A stretch of 43,077 bases of DNA, taken from IMG/VR virus record IMGVR_UViG_3300023055_000275, positions 1-43,077 of that record, one strand, 5' to 3'. Position 1 is the first letter of the stretch, and every line of letters starts with the position of its first letter. This DNA comes from a virus (lineage: Duplodnaviria; Caudoviricetes). The notes below the pieces were generated by a model. That model saw only the letters and a list, made by a program, of their open reading frames with translations. It ran no database searches and was not told the DNA's origin. This document shows, piece by piece, positions 26,880 to 35,410 of this stretch. The position numbers were made by a program, and so were the translations under genes.

Positions 26880-26972
26880 TTTTGAAATCTCAATTTTGAC
26901 GGTGCGAAAAAAAGGCTGGGCGCACGGTCAGGGAGGCGAACCGCCCCAACTTTTGACCCTCCCCCCGCCCTA
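26880..26972. other. Probable cos packaging region
   Basis: Non-coding gap between HNH and terS with GGGGGGAGGGTCAAAAG and T/A runs, as in HK97-like cos phages; cut site not determinable. Confidence 0.6.
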
Positions 26973-26989
26973 TCTGCCGTTGTTGCGAT

Positions 26990-27358
26990 TCATTCGCGTC
27001 CACTCGCGCATTTCGGGGTCGCCTTGGCACCTCGGTGCCAGTTGCCGAACCCGCCGTCCTCGGTCGCGGTCTTGCGGTCGTGGCAGGGCTTGCAGAGGGG
27101 CTGCCAGTTGTCGGTGTCCCAGAACAGCGCCTGGCTGCCCTTGTGCGGCGTGATGTGGTCGACCACCGTCGCGACCGTGACGTGCCCCGACCGCTGGCAC
27201 TCAGCGCACAGGGGGTGCCTCAGCAGGTAGGTCGCGCGTGCGCGCTGCCATCGGCCGCCATACCCGCGCTCAGCTGTGGTCTGCCTCACCTCAGCTTTCG
27301 GAACGTGCACAGCAGCCTGCCGCGGCAGGGCGTTGTGCTTCGGCGCTCGGCGTGGCAT
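26990..27358 (-). CDS. HNH endonuclease (HK97 gp74-like packaging cofactor)
   Basis: PLCAEC...VVDHITPH...NWQPLCKPCHDRKT. Confidence 0.92.
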   Translation of the reverse strand: MPRRAPKHNALPRQAAVHVPKAEVRQTTAERGYGGRWQRARATYLLRHPLCAECQRSGHVTVATVVDHITPHKGSQALFWDTDNWQPLCKPCHDRKTATEDGGFGNWHRGAKATPKCASGRE

Positions 27359-27834
27359 CAGCTGCGACCGGGGCTCCGGTCGGCCTCGATCACGGCTTGG
27401 CAGGCACGGACGTGGTCGTCGGCGTCTCGTCCGATTTGAACAAGAGCGCCCGCGACCTCTGCTCGTAGTTGGGCTGCCTGGTCACGTTCGACGGCGCCGG
27501 CGGCGGCTTGGGACAGGCGAGCGGTATTGCAGGTGGCGAGGTCGTCGCGCAGCTGGAGGCTGCCATCGCGCACGCCAGCAGCAACAGCAGCAGGGACGGC
27601 CGTGGCCGCAAGACGGTCTTCTTCATGCTTGGCTCCGATGGTGGCCAGCGACTCGGCCTGGCTGTGCTCGACGGCACGGGTCTCGGTGAGCTGCTGGACC
27701 TGGCCGGCGCTGGTGCTGGCCTCCTGCCGGGCTTCCTCGGTCTCGGCGCGGTCACCGCGCCAAGCCCAGCCGGCGGCGAGCATGCCGGCGGACCAGGCGA
27801 CGAACACCAGCAGGTAGAGGGCAAGCCGGTTCAC
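27358..27834 (-). CDS. Rz-like inner-membrane spanin
   Basis: GTG start; N-terminal TM helix; coiled periplasmic region ending in VRACQ. Confidence 0.85.
   Translation of the reverse strand: MNRLALYLLVFVAWSAGMLAAGWAWRGDRAETEEARQEASTSAGQVQQLTETRAVEHSQAESLATIGAKHEEDRLAATAVPAAVAAGVRDGSLQLRDDLATCNTARLSQAAAGAVERDQAAQLRAEVAGALVQIGRDADDHVRACQAVIEADRSPGRS
27390..27626 (-). CDS. Rz1-like outer-membrane lipoprotein spanin embedded in Rz
   Basis: MKK...LLLLLLACAMAASSC lipobox; Pro-rich mature part; alternate frame inside Rz. Confidence 0.85.
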   Translation of the reverse strand: MKKTVLRPRPSLLLLLLACAMAASSCATTSPPAIPLACPKPPPAPSNVTRQPNYEQRSRALLFKSDETPTTTSVPAKP

Positions 27835-28082
27835 GGCTCGATCTCCCTGCCGACTGTGATGGGCGAGACCAGCTCGCAGTCCTGCGGCAGCAGGCAGCAG
27901 GTCAACTCCAGCAGCTGGTCGATCACCCAGCACCAGAGGTGCAGCGCTGGGATCTTCGGCGTGCCGGTGACCTGCTCCTCGCTGTCCACGCAGAGCCACG
28001 CCGGAACACCGAAAAGGGTTCCCTCATGGGTCATGCCATTTGCCAGCGCATCTGCCTTCGTGACGTAGATCAGCTCACGCAT
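27831..28082 (-). CDS. Hypothetical protein in lysis cassette
   Basis: 83 aa; GGAGG RBS; coupled to Rz start. Confidence 0.7.
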   Translation of the reverse strand: MRELIYVTKADALANGMTHEGTLFGVPAWLCVDSEEQVTGTPKIPALHLWCWVIDQLLELTCCLLPQDCELVSPITVGREIEP

Positions 28083-28083
28083 A

Positions 28084-28296
28084 TCAGCCTCCCGGCCTAC
28101 GGGTCATCCCGAAGAAGTAGCCGATCACCATGCCGGTGGCGTTGTTCAGGCCGCCAATCAGCATGCCGAACGAATCCTTGTTGGCCTCGGGGATCGAGAT
28201 GGATACGAGGGCAGCCATGGCCATACCGACCAGGAATAGCACCAGCACGGCGATGCCGACGCGCGCAGCGCCAACGTTTCGGGTCGCGAAGGTCAT
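28084..28296 (-). CDS. Probable holin (two TM helices)
   Basis: 70 aa; two hydrophobic segments; VIGYFFG motif and basic C-terminus. Confidence 0.7.
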   Translation of the reverse strand: MTFATRNVGAARVGIAVLVLFLVGMAMAALVSISIPEANKDSFGMLIGGLNNATGMVIGYFFGMTRRPGG

Positions 28297-28619
28297 GCGG
28301 CACCTGCCAGTGAGTGAATTTCCTCCAGCGCCCAGTGGTAGAGGGGCTGGTCAACGATGGTCACGCGGGTGAGGCGCTTACCGCGCACCACTTTCACTGC
28401 CACCTGGGTGGACTGCTGGACCGCGAGAAGCACGAACGCAATGCGCTGCTTCGTGGGGTCCGGCTCCTGCAGCACCGCAAGCGCATCGCTGACCATTTCG
28501 CGGATTGCCAGCAGAAGCTCCGCAGTCGGGCTCTTCGCCTTCTGGTTCTCCAGTACAACCAGCACGCCTTGCAGCTGATTTACCGGCGAGAGCTTCGGGC
28601 CCTTCTTCCTCGGCGTCAT
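28293..28619 (-). CDS. Hypothetical protein in lysis cassette
   Basis: 108 aa; ATGA-coupled on both sides. Confidence 0.7.
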   Translation of the reverse strand: MTPRKKGPKLSPVNQLQGVLVVLENQKAKSPTAELLLAIREMVSDALAVLQEPDPTKQRIAFVLLAVQQSTQVAVKVVRGKRLTRVTIVDQPLYHWALEEIHSLAGAA

Positions 28620-29281
28620 GCTCCAAGCGCCTGCAGCGCGCGCGCATAGCGCGCCCTGCGATCAGCGGCACCGGTCTGGCCGCCGTTCACACGTTCGGTG
28701 ATCTCGTCGAATCGGCTGGCGTCAGCCAGCTTGTTCAGGGATCGGGCATCCCAGAAGGCACCGGCTGCCAGCGCACCCCACTTGGGCTGCTCCAGAGCGT
28801 CGGGCTGGGCCTCGAAGTCGGGCACACCCTTGATGCCCTTGGCACGCAGCGCATCCCGGATCGCCGCATAGTTGGCTCGGCCAGTGTTCTGGATCGGGCC
28901 ACGGCCGCGGAATCGGTAGCCATCGCCGCCTGCCTCGGATCCGTTGCCCAGGCGGTTGGCATAGGCGTTGTTGCCGATTGCTACCGGCTTCCGCTCCAGC
29001 GCGCGCGCCAGATCGTTCGGCTTCCTCGGCTTCGCCTTGGGGTCGACGGCGTAACGGGTGGGCCAGGTATCGGCCATTCCCTGCGCACCGTAGTTCAGGT
29101 TCTCGACGGTCCGGGTCAGGCTAGCCGACTCGTGACCGACCTGCGCCAGAAACGCCGCCACCCGCGTCGGTGTGCTGATGCCGAACGCCGTGCAGGCTTC
29201 GGACAGGGGTTGCGCCCATTGGGCGGCGACGGCGGCACTGCAGCCAACCGCCTGCTGGATTGTCGAGGCGGTCAGGATCAT
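28616..29281 (-). CDS. Endolysin, glycoside hydrolase family 19
   Basis: FLAQVGHES, ENLNY, GDGYRFRGRGPIQNTGRANY and VNGG motifs. Confidence 0.93.
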   Translation of the reverse strand: MILTASTIQQAVGCSAAVAAQWAQPLSEACTAFGISTPTRVAAFLAQVGHESASLTRTVENLNYGAQGMADTWPTRYAVDPKAKPRKPNDLARALERKPVAIGNNAYANRLGNGSEAGGDGYRFRGRGPIQNTGRANYAAIRDALRAKGIKGVPDFEAQPDALEQPKWGALAAGAFWDARSLNKLADASRFDEITERVNGGQTGAADRRARYARALQALGA

Positions 29282-29298
29282 GGTCGGTCCGGAAACAG

Positions 29299-29379
29299 AA
29301 AGCCCGGCTCGATGGCCGGGCATGGTCGCGTGCGATAGTAGGAATTTACTGGTAAAAGTGCGGAGGTGTCACCTCCGCA
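29299..29379 (-). promoter_or_regulatory. Putative late promoter/terminator control region (pR'/tR'-like)
   Basis: 21 bp palindrome at 29359-29379, TACTAT at 29340-29335, then GCCCGGC stem plus TTTC before the endolysin. Confidence 0.55.
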
Positions 29380-29391
29380 GAGTAAAGGGAA

Positions 29392-29685
29392 ATGGAAGAA
29401 GAGAATCCAACGAGAAAACCGCTCAAAAGTTCCCTCCGTAGGAAGGCGCTCTCACCGACCCGGCCCCTTCCATTCCACGACATTGGTGGAAGATGCCTGA
29501 TCCGCTTGAGCCAGCTGCTCTATGCCGGGGAAATTCAGAAATCCCAAGACGGTAAATCCTGCTTTTTTGTGGTCGCCTTCATCGGCGGCGATGTGACTGA
29601 GATCATCGGTCAGGAGTCCGAGCTCGTTGAATTCCGCAGCGGTTTGGCTGAAGCGGCAAACGCTTTTGCCCTGTCTCAACTTTAA
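29392..29685 (+). CDS. Hypothetical protein, antisense insert between Q and lysis genes
   Basis: 97 aa; AAAGGGA upstream; stop overlaps the Q stop; lower GC. Confidence 0.55.
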   Translation: MEEENPTRKPLKSSLRRKALSPTRPLPFHDIGGRCLIRLSQLLYAGEIQKSQDGKSCFFVVAFIGGDVTEIIGQESELVEFRSGLAEAANAFALSQL

Positions 29686-30377
29686 GCCGCTTTACCCAGT
29701 GCAGCTCGAAGATGCCAGGCTGCTTCTTGTTCCGCCTCTGTCATCTTCGATACCAGCCATTCGAACACGGGCTTCCACGTCCGCCGGTAGGCCGCCTCAT
29801 CGCGGCCGATGGCCGCCGCGCGCCGGCGGTCGCTGACCTGGCCCAGCCCTGACCCGCCGCAGACCTTGCACGTCATCAGCAGCTCGCCCGACACCGTCTG
29901 GCCTCTGCCCTCGCAGCTGGCGCAGTGCGGCCGGTGCGCAATCTCGCTGATCACCGCCATGGCCAGCGTCGGCAGCGACTCCAGAGTGCTGATCGGCCAG
30001 CACTGCGCTTTCACCCGGCCCAGCCGCTGCTTGGCCGCATCCCGGTTCGCCCGCTGCTCCGCCGTCGCCGCGCCGCCCCAGCCGATGCACACCTCCGCCA
30101 GGCCAAGGTCCGTGCGCGCCTCAGCCAGCCGGCGCTGCTGCCGCTGCAGCTCCGGCGTGACCAGCGCAATCACCGCGTCCCGCAGTTTGTGCCGACGCAG
30201 CGCGGCGCCATCCGGCCACCAGCACGCCTCCAGCAGCTCCCGGCCCAGCCCGGCCGGAACCATTCCAAGCGCTGCGGCAATGTCCTGGTTCGTCAGGTCC
30301 GGCTTACCACCGCCCCGGCCGATATCGAACTTCACCGTGGTCGGCCCCAGCCGCCCCATCGCCTCACGTGGATTCAT
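29682..30377 (-). CDS. Late antiterminator Q-like protein
   Basis: [12 protein letters not shown]; CASCEGRG and CKVCGGSG zinc finger; position before lysis. Confidence 0.85.
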   Translation of the reverse strand: MNPREAMGRLGPTTVKFDIGRGGGKPDLTNQDIAAALGMVPAGLGRELLEACWWPDGAALRRHKLRDAVIALVTPELQRQQRRLAEARTDLGLAEVCIGWGGAATAEQRANRDAAKQRLGRVKAQCWPISTLESLPTLAMAVISEIAHRPHCASCEGRGQTVSGELLMTCKVCGGSGLGQVSDRRRAAAIGRDEAAYRRTWKPVFEWLVSKMTEAEQEAAWHLRAALGKAA

Positions 30378-30784
30378 GCCCCTTCCCCTGTCGTTGAGTG
30401 GCCGGCCGCTGCCGGCCCGCCCGTAATCCGCACCACCACCTGGCCGCCCGAACGCCGCTCGTCCTTCACGAACAGATGCGCCTGGAACCGCCCGTCATCG
30501 ATCCCGAGCAGCTGGGCGATTCCGTCCCGGTACGCTTTGCAGCGGCCGGTCATGTTGTCGTCGTCGGGCAGCTTCTTGCCCGGCGCCTGGTAGCAGTCGA
30601 TCCAGAGGTGCAGCCGCCCCGGCGGCAGCACCATGCCGCGCCAGCCCGCCTCGTTCGCCAGCACCGCCGCCGTCTGGCGGGCCAGCTTCGTGGCCCGGGC
30701 CTTTACCCGGAAGTGCACGCGCGCGTTCGGCGACAGATCCTTGCTCGGCCAGGGAAGCACCAGCTCCAGCGCGCGGTCAGGCAC
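30374..30784 (-). CDS. RusA-like Holliday junction resolvase
   Basis: [11 protein letters not shown]...DDDNM...KAYRDGIA...IDD. Confidence 0.8.
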   Translation of the reverse strand: MPDRALELVLPWPSKDLSPNARVHFRVKARATKLARQTAAVLANEAGWRGMVLPPGRLHLWIDCYQAPGKKLPDDDNMTGRCKAYRDGIAQLLGIDDGRFQAHLFVKDERRSGGQVVVRITGGPAAAGHSTTGEGA

Positions 30785-31073
30785 CAGCCACCTCCGGGCC
30801 GGCCGGCTCGGCCGCATAGTGCGTGATCTTCGGATTGCCGCCGCGCCAGCTGGCAAACACCGGCCGCTTGCTCACCGCGTCCCACAACATCAGCCGCGTG
30901 CCGTCCTGCGGCGCCTCGCCAATGGGCTTCCAGTCGACCGCTCTGCTGGCGGGGACGTAGCGGATCGCCTTCTCGCCTTCCTGGAACACATGGCCGGGCG
31001 GCTCCGATGTCGCCATAGCGAATGCCTGCCCCTTTCCGTTCAGAACGACCCACACGTGATTCGGCCCACTCAT
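30777..31073 (-). CDS. Hypothetical nin-region protein
   Basis: [12 protein letters not shown]...ITHY motif common in phage DUF551-like proteins. Confidence 0.65.
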   Translation of the reverse strand: MSGPNHVWVVLNGKGQAFAMATSEPPGHVFQEGEKAIRYVPASRAVDWKPIGEAPQDGTRLMLWDAVSKRPVFASWRGGNPKITHYAAEPAGPEVAGA

Positions 31074-31579
31074 GCCGCCTGCTCCCAGCTGGCCGTCAGG
31101 CGCTGCACCTGCCCGCCCCGCGCCTGGAACTGCTCCACCGTCTCGGCCGGCCGCTGACCGCCCTTCTCCTTGCCCCACGGCTTGGCCGGGGCCAAGGCGG
31201 CGCGATGCTCCAACTTGGCCCGGTTGATCGTCATCTTGTCCGGCGCGCGAGGGAGGGAGCCGGCACGCTTCGATGCGCGATAGGCCGCCTGCTTCACGGC
31301 CTTGTCTGCCCTGCACTTCTCCCGCTGCTCGTCGGTGACCACGAACTTGCGCGGCATTCCCTGGCCCGTAGCGCGGAACTCTGCCTTCTTGCCCCTCCCC
31401 TCCTTGATCAGGTAGCCGGCCAGAACCAGATCGCGGGCGGCGCTGCTGATCCGCTCACGATGCAGCGTAGAGCTGGCATTGGCCTTCTCGTACATTTCGC
31501 ACAGCTGCAGCCGCGCCTGCGGCGCAGCCTCGAACAGCGCGCGCACCTGGCCCGCGTAGCTGGTGCTTCGATCCATCAT
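31070..31579 (-). CDS. Putative winged-helix protein
   Basis: ISSAARDLVLAGYLIKEG; coupled starts and stops. Confidence 0.6.
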   Translation of the reverse strand: MMDRSTSYAGQVRALFEAAPQARLQLCEMYEKANASSTLHRERISSAARDLVLAGYLIKEGRGKKAEFRATGQGMPRKFVVTDEQREKCRADKAVKQAAYRASKRAGSLPRAPDKMTINRAKLEHRAALAPAKPWGKEKGGQRPAETVEQFQARGGQVQRLTASWEQAA

Positions 31580-31944
31580 GCTGGTGCCCTCAGTTCGTTG
31601 ATGTAGGTCTGGTTTGCGATCAGCTCGTCGTCGGAGCCGTACGTCTCGTGGAAGGTCCGCGAGCCATCCAGAAGGCTCGGGCCGTAGATCTGGCGCATCG
31701 TCGCGAAGGTGTTCCCCTCCATCGGGTAGCGCATGTGGTGCCATTTGCAGAGCGCGTAGCCGAACACATGCCCGCGCCGCACGTTCCCGCTCTTGGCGTG
31801 GTTGTAGTCGCAGCCGTACACCACCAGCTCTGCCTCCAGCAGCTGCTGCTCCAGCAGCGCCAGGCAGGCCATGCACGGGCCCGCCTTGGCCAGCTCGATC
31901 CGGGCGGCCTCTTCCTTCGTCGGCGGCGGTGCCTTGGACCACAT
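31576..31944 (-). CDS. Ref-like (recombination enhancement) HNH-type nuclease
   Basis: CMAC...YNH...RRGH...LCKWHH...FHETYGSDDELI. Confidence 0.75.
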   Translation of the reverse strand: MWSKAPPPTKEEAARIELAKAGPCMACLALLEQQLLEAELVVYGCDYNHAKSGNVRRGHVFGYALCKWHHMRYPMEGNTFATMRQIYGPSLLDGSRTFHETYGSDDELIANQTYINELRAPA

Positions 31945-32162
31945 CAGCGCGCGGCCTCGTCGGCTAGACGCCATCCGTGTTGCCAGGCCTCGGCCTTTTC
32001 GCTCAGCGGTGCGGCGCGGCGGTTGGCGCCGTCCTCCGTTTCGCATTCGATCCACACCAGGTGCGGGTTGTCGCTCAGGCGACAGCCGTTCAGGCGCGCC
32101 GAGTACCCGGCGTTGATCTCCTTGGCGTAGCGGCTGCGCGTGTTGTAGTTGGTGAAGTCCAT
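31944..32162 (-). CDS. Small Rmf/CrpP-like protein
   Basis: AGYSARLNG...NPH...AWQHGW. Confidence 0.55.
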   Translation of the reverse strand: MDFTNYNTRSRYAKEINAGYSARLNGCRLSDNPHLVWIECETEDGANRRAAPLSEKAEAWQHGWRLADEAAR

Positions 32163-32362
32163 CAGCGCCTCGTCTTCGTCGTCTCGCGGCGTGCCGCGCT
32201 CAGTTCCTGGTCCTGCTTGTCCCACCCGGTCTGCCAGCGCCGGCGGCGCTGCAGCCCGTCCATGCCCATCTCGTAGCGCGGTGCCGATTCCCGGGCCCGG
32301 CACGCATCGCGCGCCCAGCGGCCGGCCTGCTCGGCCTGCGCCAGCTCCGCATCAGTCGCCAT
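32162..32362 (-). CDS. Small Rmf/CrpP-like protein
   Basis: AGRWARDA...APRY...RRWQTGW. Confidence 0.5.
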   Translation of the reverse strand: MATDAELAQAEQAGRWARDACRARESAPRYEMGMDGLQRRRRWQTGWDKQDQELSAARRETTKTRR

Positions 32363-32486
32363 CGGCGTCGATCCAGTTGCGGATGAACCACCGGACGTTG
32401 CACGGCAGCCATCCCACAGCCAGGGAGATCTCCGCGACGCTGCAGCGCTCGGCGTGCAGCAGCCGCACCGTGTCGTGCTTGCTCAC
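32352..32486 (-). CDS. Small HTH-like protein
   Basis: 44 aa from GTG; CSVAEISLAVGW...VRWF; GGAGG RBS. Confidence 0.5.
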   Translation of the reverse strand: MSKHDTVRLLHAERCSVAEISLAVGWLPCNVRWFIRNWIDADGD

Positions 32487-33199
32487 GCGCCCTCCCCGAA
32501 CCCGAGGTCTGCTGCAGCGCGCGCCATGGCCGCCCGTGCCGCATCGCGGTCGCGCACCGGATGCACGCCGTGCTTCTCCTGGGCGACCGCCTGCAGCTGC
32601 TGCGGCAGAGGCTTCCCGTCCACCACGTGCTGCACAGCGCGCGAGTAGGCCTCCTCCAGCATTCGCCGCTGCTGGAATCCGTTCTCCGCCGTGGCGTAGA
32701 CGTGCAGGTCCAGCAGCGAGCGCACCAGCACCGTGAACCCGCTCTGCGGTCGGCCCGGCGCCATCTCGCGCTCCACCGTCGCCATGACCGGGATGTCCAG
32801 GCACATCGTCAGGAACCGGCCCGCGTTCGGCGGCCACTCCCGGCCCTCGGTCAGGCAGCAGTGCATTCCCTTCGCGTGCTGCGCCACCGTGCGGCCCTTC
32901 AGCACCTGGAACCACGTCGTGCCGGCAATGGTCAGGCTGCCGTCCTTCTTCACCGGGGCCGCACCGTTCTCGCGCTCCCACTTCCCCGGGAACATGGCCG
33001 TCATCTGCTTCCAGAACTCCCACAGGTAGGCCGTGGCCTGGTCGCTCACCCGCTCAGCCGACGACGACAAACTCTGCGTCGACGAACTCGGCTGTGCCGA
33101 AGCCAGGGCGGCCACCGTGGCCACCGCTGAGGCGTTCGGCTTCGAACTGCTGCTGGAGCTGCTCGACTCGGTCGGCAGAACTGTGCTGAGGGTTTGCAT
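32483..33199 (-). CDS. Replication protein P-like helicase loader
   Basis: Follows O-like gene; WPPNAGRFLTMC motif; AGGAG RBS. Confidence 0.7.
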   Translation of the reverse strand: MQTLSTVLPTESSSSSSSSKPNASAVATVAALASAQPSSSTQSLSSSAERVSDQATAYLWEFWKQMTAMFPGKWERENGAAPVKKDGSLTIAGTTWFQVLKGRTVAQHAKGMHCCLTEGREWPPNAGRFLTMCLDIPVMATVEREMAPGRPQSGFTVLVRSLLDLHVYATAENGFQQRRMLEEAYSRAVQHVVDGKPLPQQLQAVAQEKHGVHPVRDRDAARAAMARAAADLGFGEGA

Positions 33200-33950
33200 G
33201 GGCGGCTCCTGCGGATTGCTGGGCAACAGGGATCACGGGCAGCGCCAGGCCGGCGGCCATCGTCTGCTTCAGGGATTCGTTGGGGTCGTGGCCGTTGGCC
33301 ATCAGGTCGGCCAGCTGCTGGCGGACCTGCAGCCAGCCCTGGACCGAGAGCACGCGGCGGATGGCGGCGCGGTGCCGGACAAACCGGGCCAGCATCTGGC
33401 GATCGATGCCCGTGGGCACCACGCCGAAACCGGCCAGCTCGCGGTCGACCTGCTCGGCGGTCAGCGCAGCCGGATCGGCCTCGCGCTCACACTCGCGGTG
33501 TGAGGGTTGCTCTTGGTTGCTTTTGGTTGCTCTTGGTTCGGGTGCAACAGCTGTTGCACCCTTTTCGACGCCGTTTTGCACCCTTTCCTGCGTCGTTTTG
33601 CACCCTTCGGAGGCCTTTTTTGCACCCTTTGCAAAGGGTGCAATTTCTGCACCCTTCATCCATTCGGGGTTGATCCGGTACTGGCGGGTACGGCCACCTT
33701 CACCAAACCCGCTGCGGCGGCCACCGATGCCGGCATTGACCAGCAGCAGCCACCCGCTCTGCTCCATGCGACGCAGCTGGTACTGCACCGAACGCTCGGA
33801 CTGCCGGGTCTTCTCTGCCAGCCGCGCGATCGACGGGAAGATGTGCGTGCCATCGTCGTGCGCGTGATCAGCCAGGGCCAGCGCCAGCAGCATCTCGCCG
33901 CCACCGCTCGGGTAGCGGTCGAACACCATGCCTGTAACTCGTGCGCTCAT
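33054..33950 (-). CDS. Replication initiator (O-like, N-terminal HTH)
   Basis: LLALALADHAHDDG...FPSIARLAEKT...RSVQYQLRRME; contains iterons. Confidence 0.88.
   Translation of the reverse strand: MSARVTGMVFDRYPSGGGEMLLALALADHAHDDGTHIFPSIARLAEKTRQSERSVQYQLRRMEQSGWLLLVNAGIGGRRSGFGEGGRTRQYRINPEWMKGAEIAPFAKGAKKASEGCKTTQERVQNGVEKGATAVAPEPRATKSNQEQPSHRECEREADPAALTAEQVDRELAGFGVVPTGIDRQMLARFVRHRAAIRRVLSVQGWLQVRQQLADLMANGHDPNESLKQTMAAGLALPVIPVAQQSAGAAHANPQHSSADRVEQLQQQFEAERLSGGHGGRPGFGTAEFVDAEFVVVG
33505..33656. repeat. Phage replication origin: iterons plus 10 bp tandem repeats
   Basis: TTGCACCCTT at 33554, 33576, 33598, 33620 (22 bp period); GGTTGCTYTT x3 from 33505; two perfect palindromes. Confidence 0.85.
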
Positions 33951-33952
33951 CG

Positions 33953-34264
33953 TCAGACCGCCAGCTGCAGGTTCTCGCCCGGGGCCACAGGCCACCAGGT
34001 GCACGCCGTGCGGCCGCTGACCGGGCACGGCTTGTTCGGGCCGCGGTACACCCGGCCCTCCTTCATCAGCTCAGGCAGGCGGCGGGCCAGCATGTACCGG
34101 TCTAGGCCGGTGGCCTGCGAGAGCTCGTTGCTGGTCATGCCGGCGTTCTGGGTGACCGCGCGGGCGGCCTGGTCCTGCTGCGCGGCCTGCAGGCCGCTGC
34201 TGACCACGTGCGAAGCGGCGGCGTGGCTGGTATCGATATCGGTGGTGCGGGCGAGCTCGCTCAT
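33953..34264 (-). CDS. Winged-helix DNA-binding protein
   Basis: TSHAAA...GMTSNELS...LARRLPELMKEG. Confidence 0.7.
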   Translation of the reverse strand: MSELARTTDIDTSHAAASHVVSSGLQAAQQDQAARAVTQNAGMTSNELSQATGLDRYMLARRLPELMKEGRVYRGPNKPCPVSGRTACTWWPVAPGENLQLAV

Positions 34265-34842
34265 ACGGTCTGCTCCAGGCCCATGGCGCGGATCACTGCC
34301 TTGCGGAAGGTCAGCGCGCTGATGACCAGGTCATCCGACTCGTTGATGATCTTCTGCCCGTGCGGGCGGTCCTTCTCGTCGATCACGCCGTCTGCAACAG
34401 CAGGGCTGATCGCGGCGCAGAGGTCGCCGAAATCCTTCATCAGCTGGCCAACACCGACGGTGTCCGCCGCGGTGTCGATCGCGTCGATGCGGATCGGCAG
34501 GATGCCGCGACGGCGAGCCAGCTCACGCTCGCAGTTGCTGCGGTACGGTTCCGGCAGGCTCATGACCCACGCGTCTTCCAGATCGGCCGGCAACGTCTTC
34601 ACCACGCCGTCGAGGTAGCGGCCGAGGATCTGGCCGTTGTGCTTCTTGTCGGCATCGCCATCGCCACCCAGGGTGATGCGGAACGGAACCTCGCGGTCGT
34701 CCTCACCCAGCAGCGAGAGATACGTGTCAGCCACCGCCATCGCGAAGCTGCGGCGGTTGGAGCCGGTGTCGCGCAACATCTGCTCGGTGAATCCGTAGAT
34801 CACCGTCTGGCGCTTGGGCAGGAAATGGGGCTTGGGCTTCAT
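34261..34842 (-). CDS. CII-position regulatory protein
   Basis: 193 aa between cro and O; LPADLEDAWVMSLP and ADGVIDEKD motifs. Confidence 0.6.
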   Translation of the reverse strand: MKPKPHFLPKRQTVIYGFTEQMLRDTGSNRRSFAMAVADTYLSLLGEDDREVPFRITLGGDGDADKKHNGQILGRYLDGVVKTLPADLEDAWVMSLPEPYRSNCERELARRRGILPIRIDAIDTAADTVGVGQLMKDFGDLCAAISPAVADGVIDEKDRPHGQKIINESDDLVISALTFRKAVIRAMGLEQTV

Positions 34843-34964
34843 GACGGGTGCTCTGTTGCGCGGCAACATGGCCGCTATGGAGATCAACTTTTGGGGTGCG
34901 GCTGGCGCCGCCCTCGTTGCGCTACGCTGGATGTGCCAACAACCAAGCCCGCAAGGAGGGCGAC

Positions 34965-35192
34965 ATGAGCAAGGAAATGCCGGAGTACGTCGGTGTTGCA
35001 GAGTTCGAGATGCATCTCGCAGACGAAGGTCTGGTCATGATTCGCCCGTTCGGCAGGACGGAATCGGGTCAGCGGATTCCCCTGACGCCGTTCCAAATGG
35101 TCCTGACCAACGATATGGCTGCAGGCCTGGGACAAGATCTGTTGGATGCTGCGGCGGAGTCGCTGAGCCGGGCGCAGGGGAAACGGAACTAG
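34965..35192 (+). CDS. Hypothetical protein antisense to the cro operon
   Basis: 75 aa with strong AAGGAGG RBS. Confidence 0.65.
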   Translation: MSKEMPEYVGVAEFEMHLADEGLVMIRPFGRTESGQRIPLTPFQMVLTNDMAAGLGQDLLDAAAESLSRAQGKRN

Positions 35193-35409
35193 CAGCGCGA
35201 TACCGGCTCCAGAACGAGAGCTCTTCCTCGCTGATTGCGCGCTTCCACCAGTCCAGGGAGTCCCTCACCTGTTCCTCAGTGAGGGTCCACTGGATGCCGA
35301 CGTCGCTGGACGGTGCCGGAAAGCTGGTCACCTGCGGCTGGCGTGCGCGTTTCAGCGCGCGCCCGACAATTACGGAACACAGCATCGAAACGATCGCCAG
35401 CGCGCGCAT
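35035..35409 (-). CDS. Possible hypothetical protein directly after cro
   Basis: ATG 1 nt after the cro stop with GGAGG upstream; its 3' part overlaps the antisense gene. Confidence 0.4.
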   Translation of the reverse strand: MRALAIVSMLCSVIVGRALKRARQPQVTSFPAPSSDVGIQWTLTEEQVRDSLDWWKRAISEEELSFWSRYRAASSVSPAPGSATPPQHPTDLVPGLQPYRWSGPFGTASGESADPIPSCRTGES

Positions 35410-35410
35410 A

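Noticed and set aside
33505-33656. Repeats as a CRISPR mini-array
   Set aside because: 10 bp units with 12 bp gaps inside a coding gene; no cas genes; fits iterons
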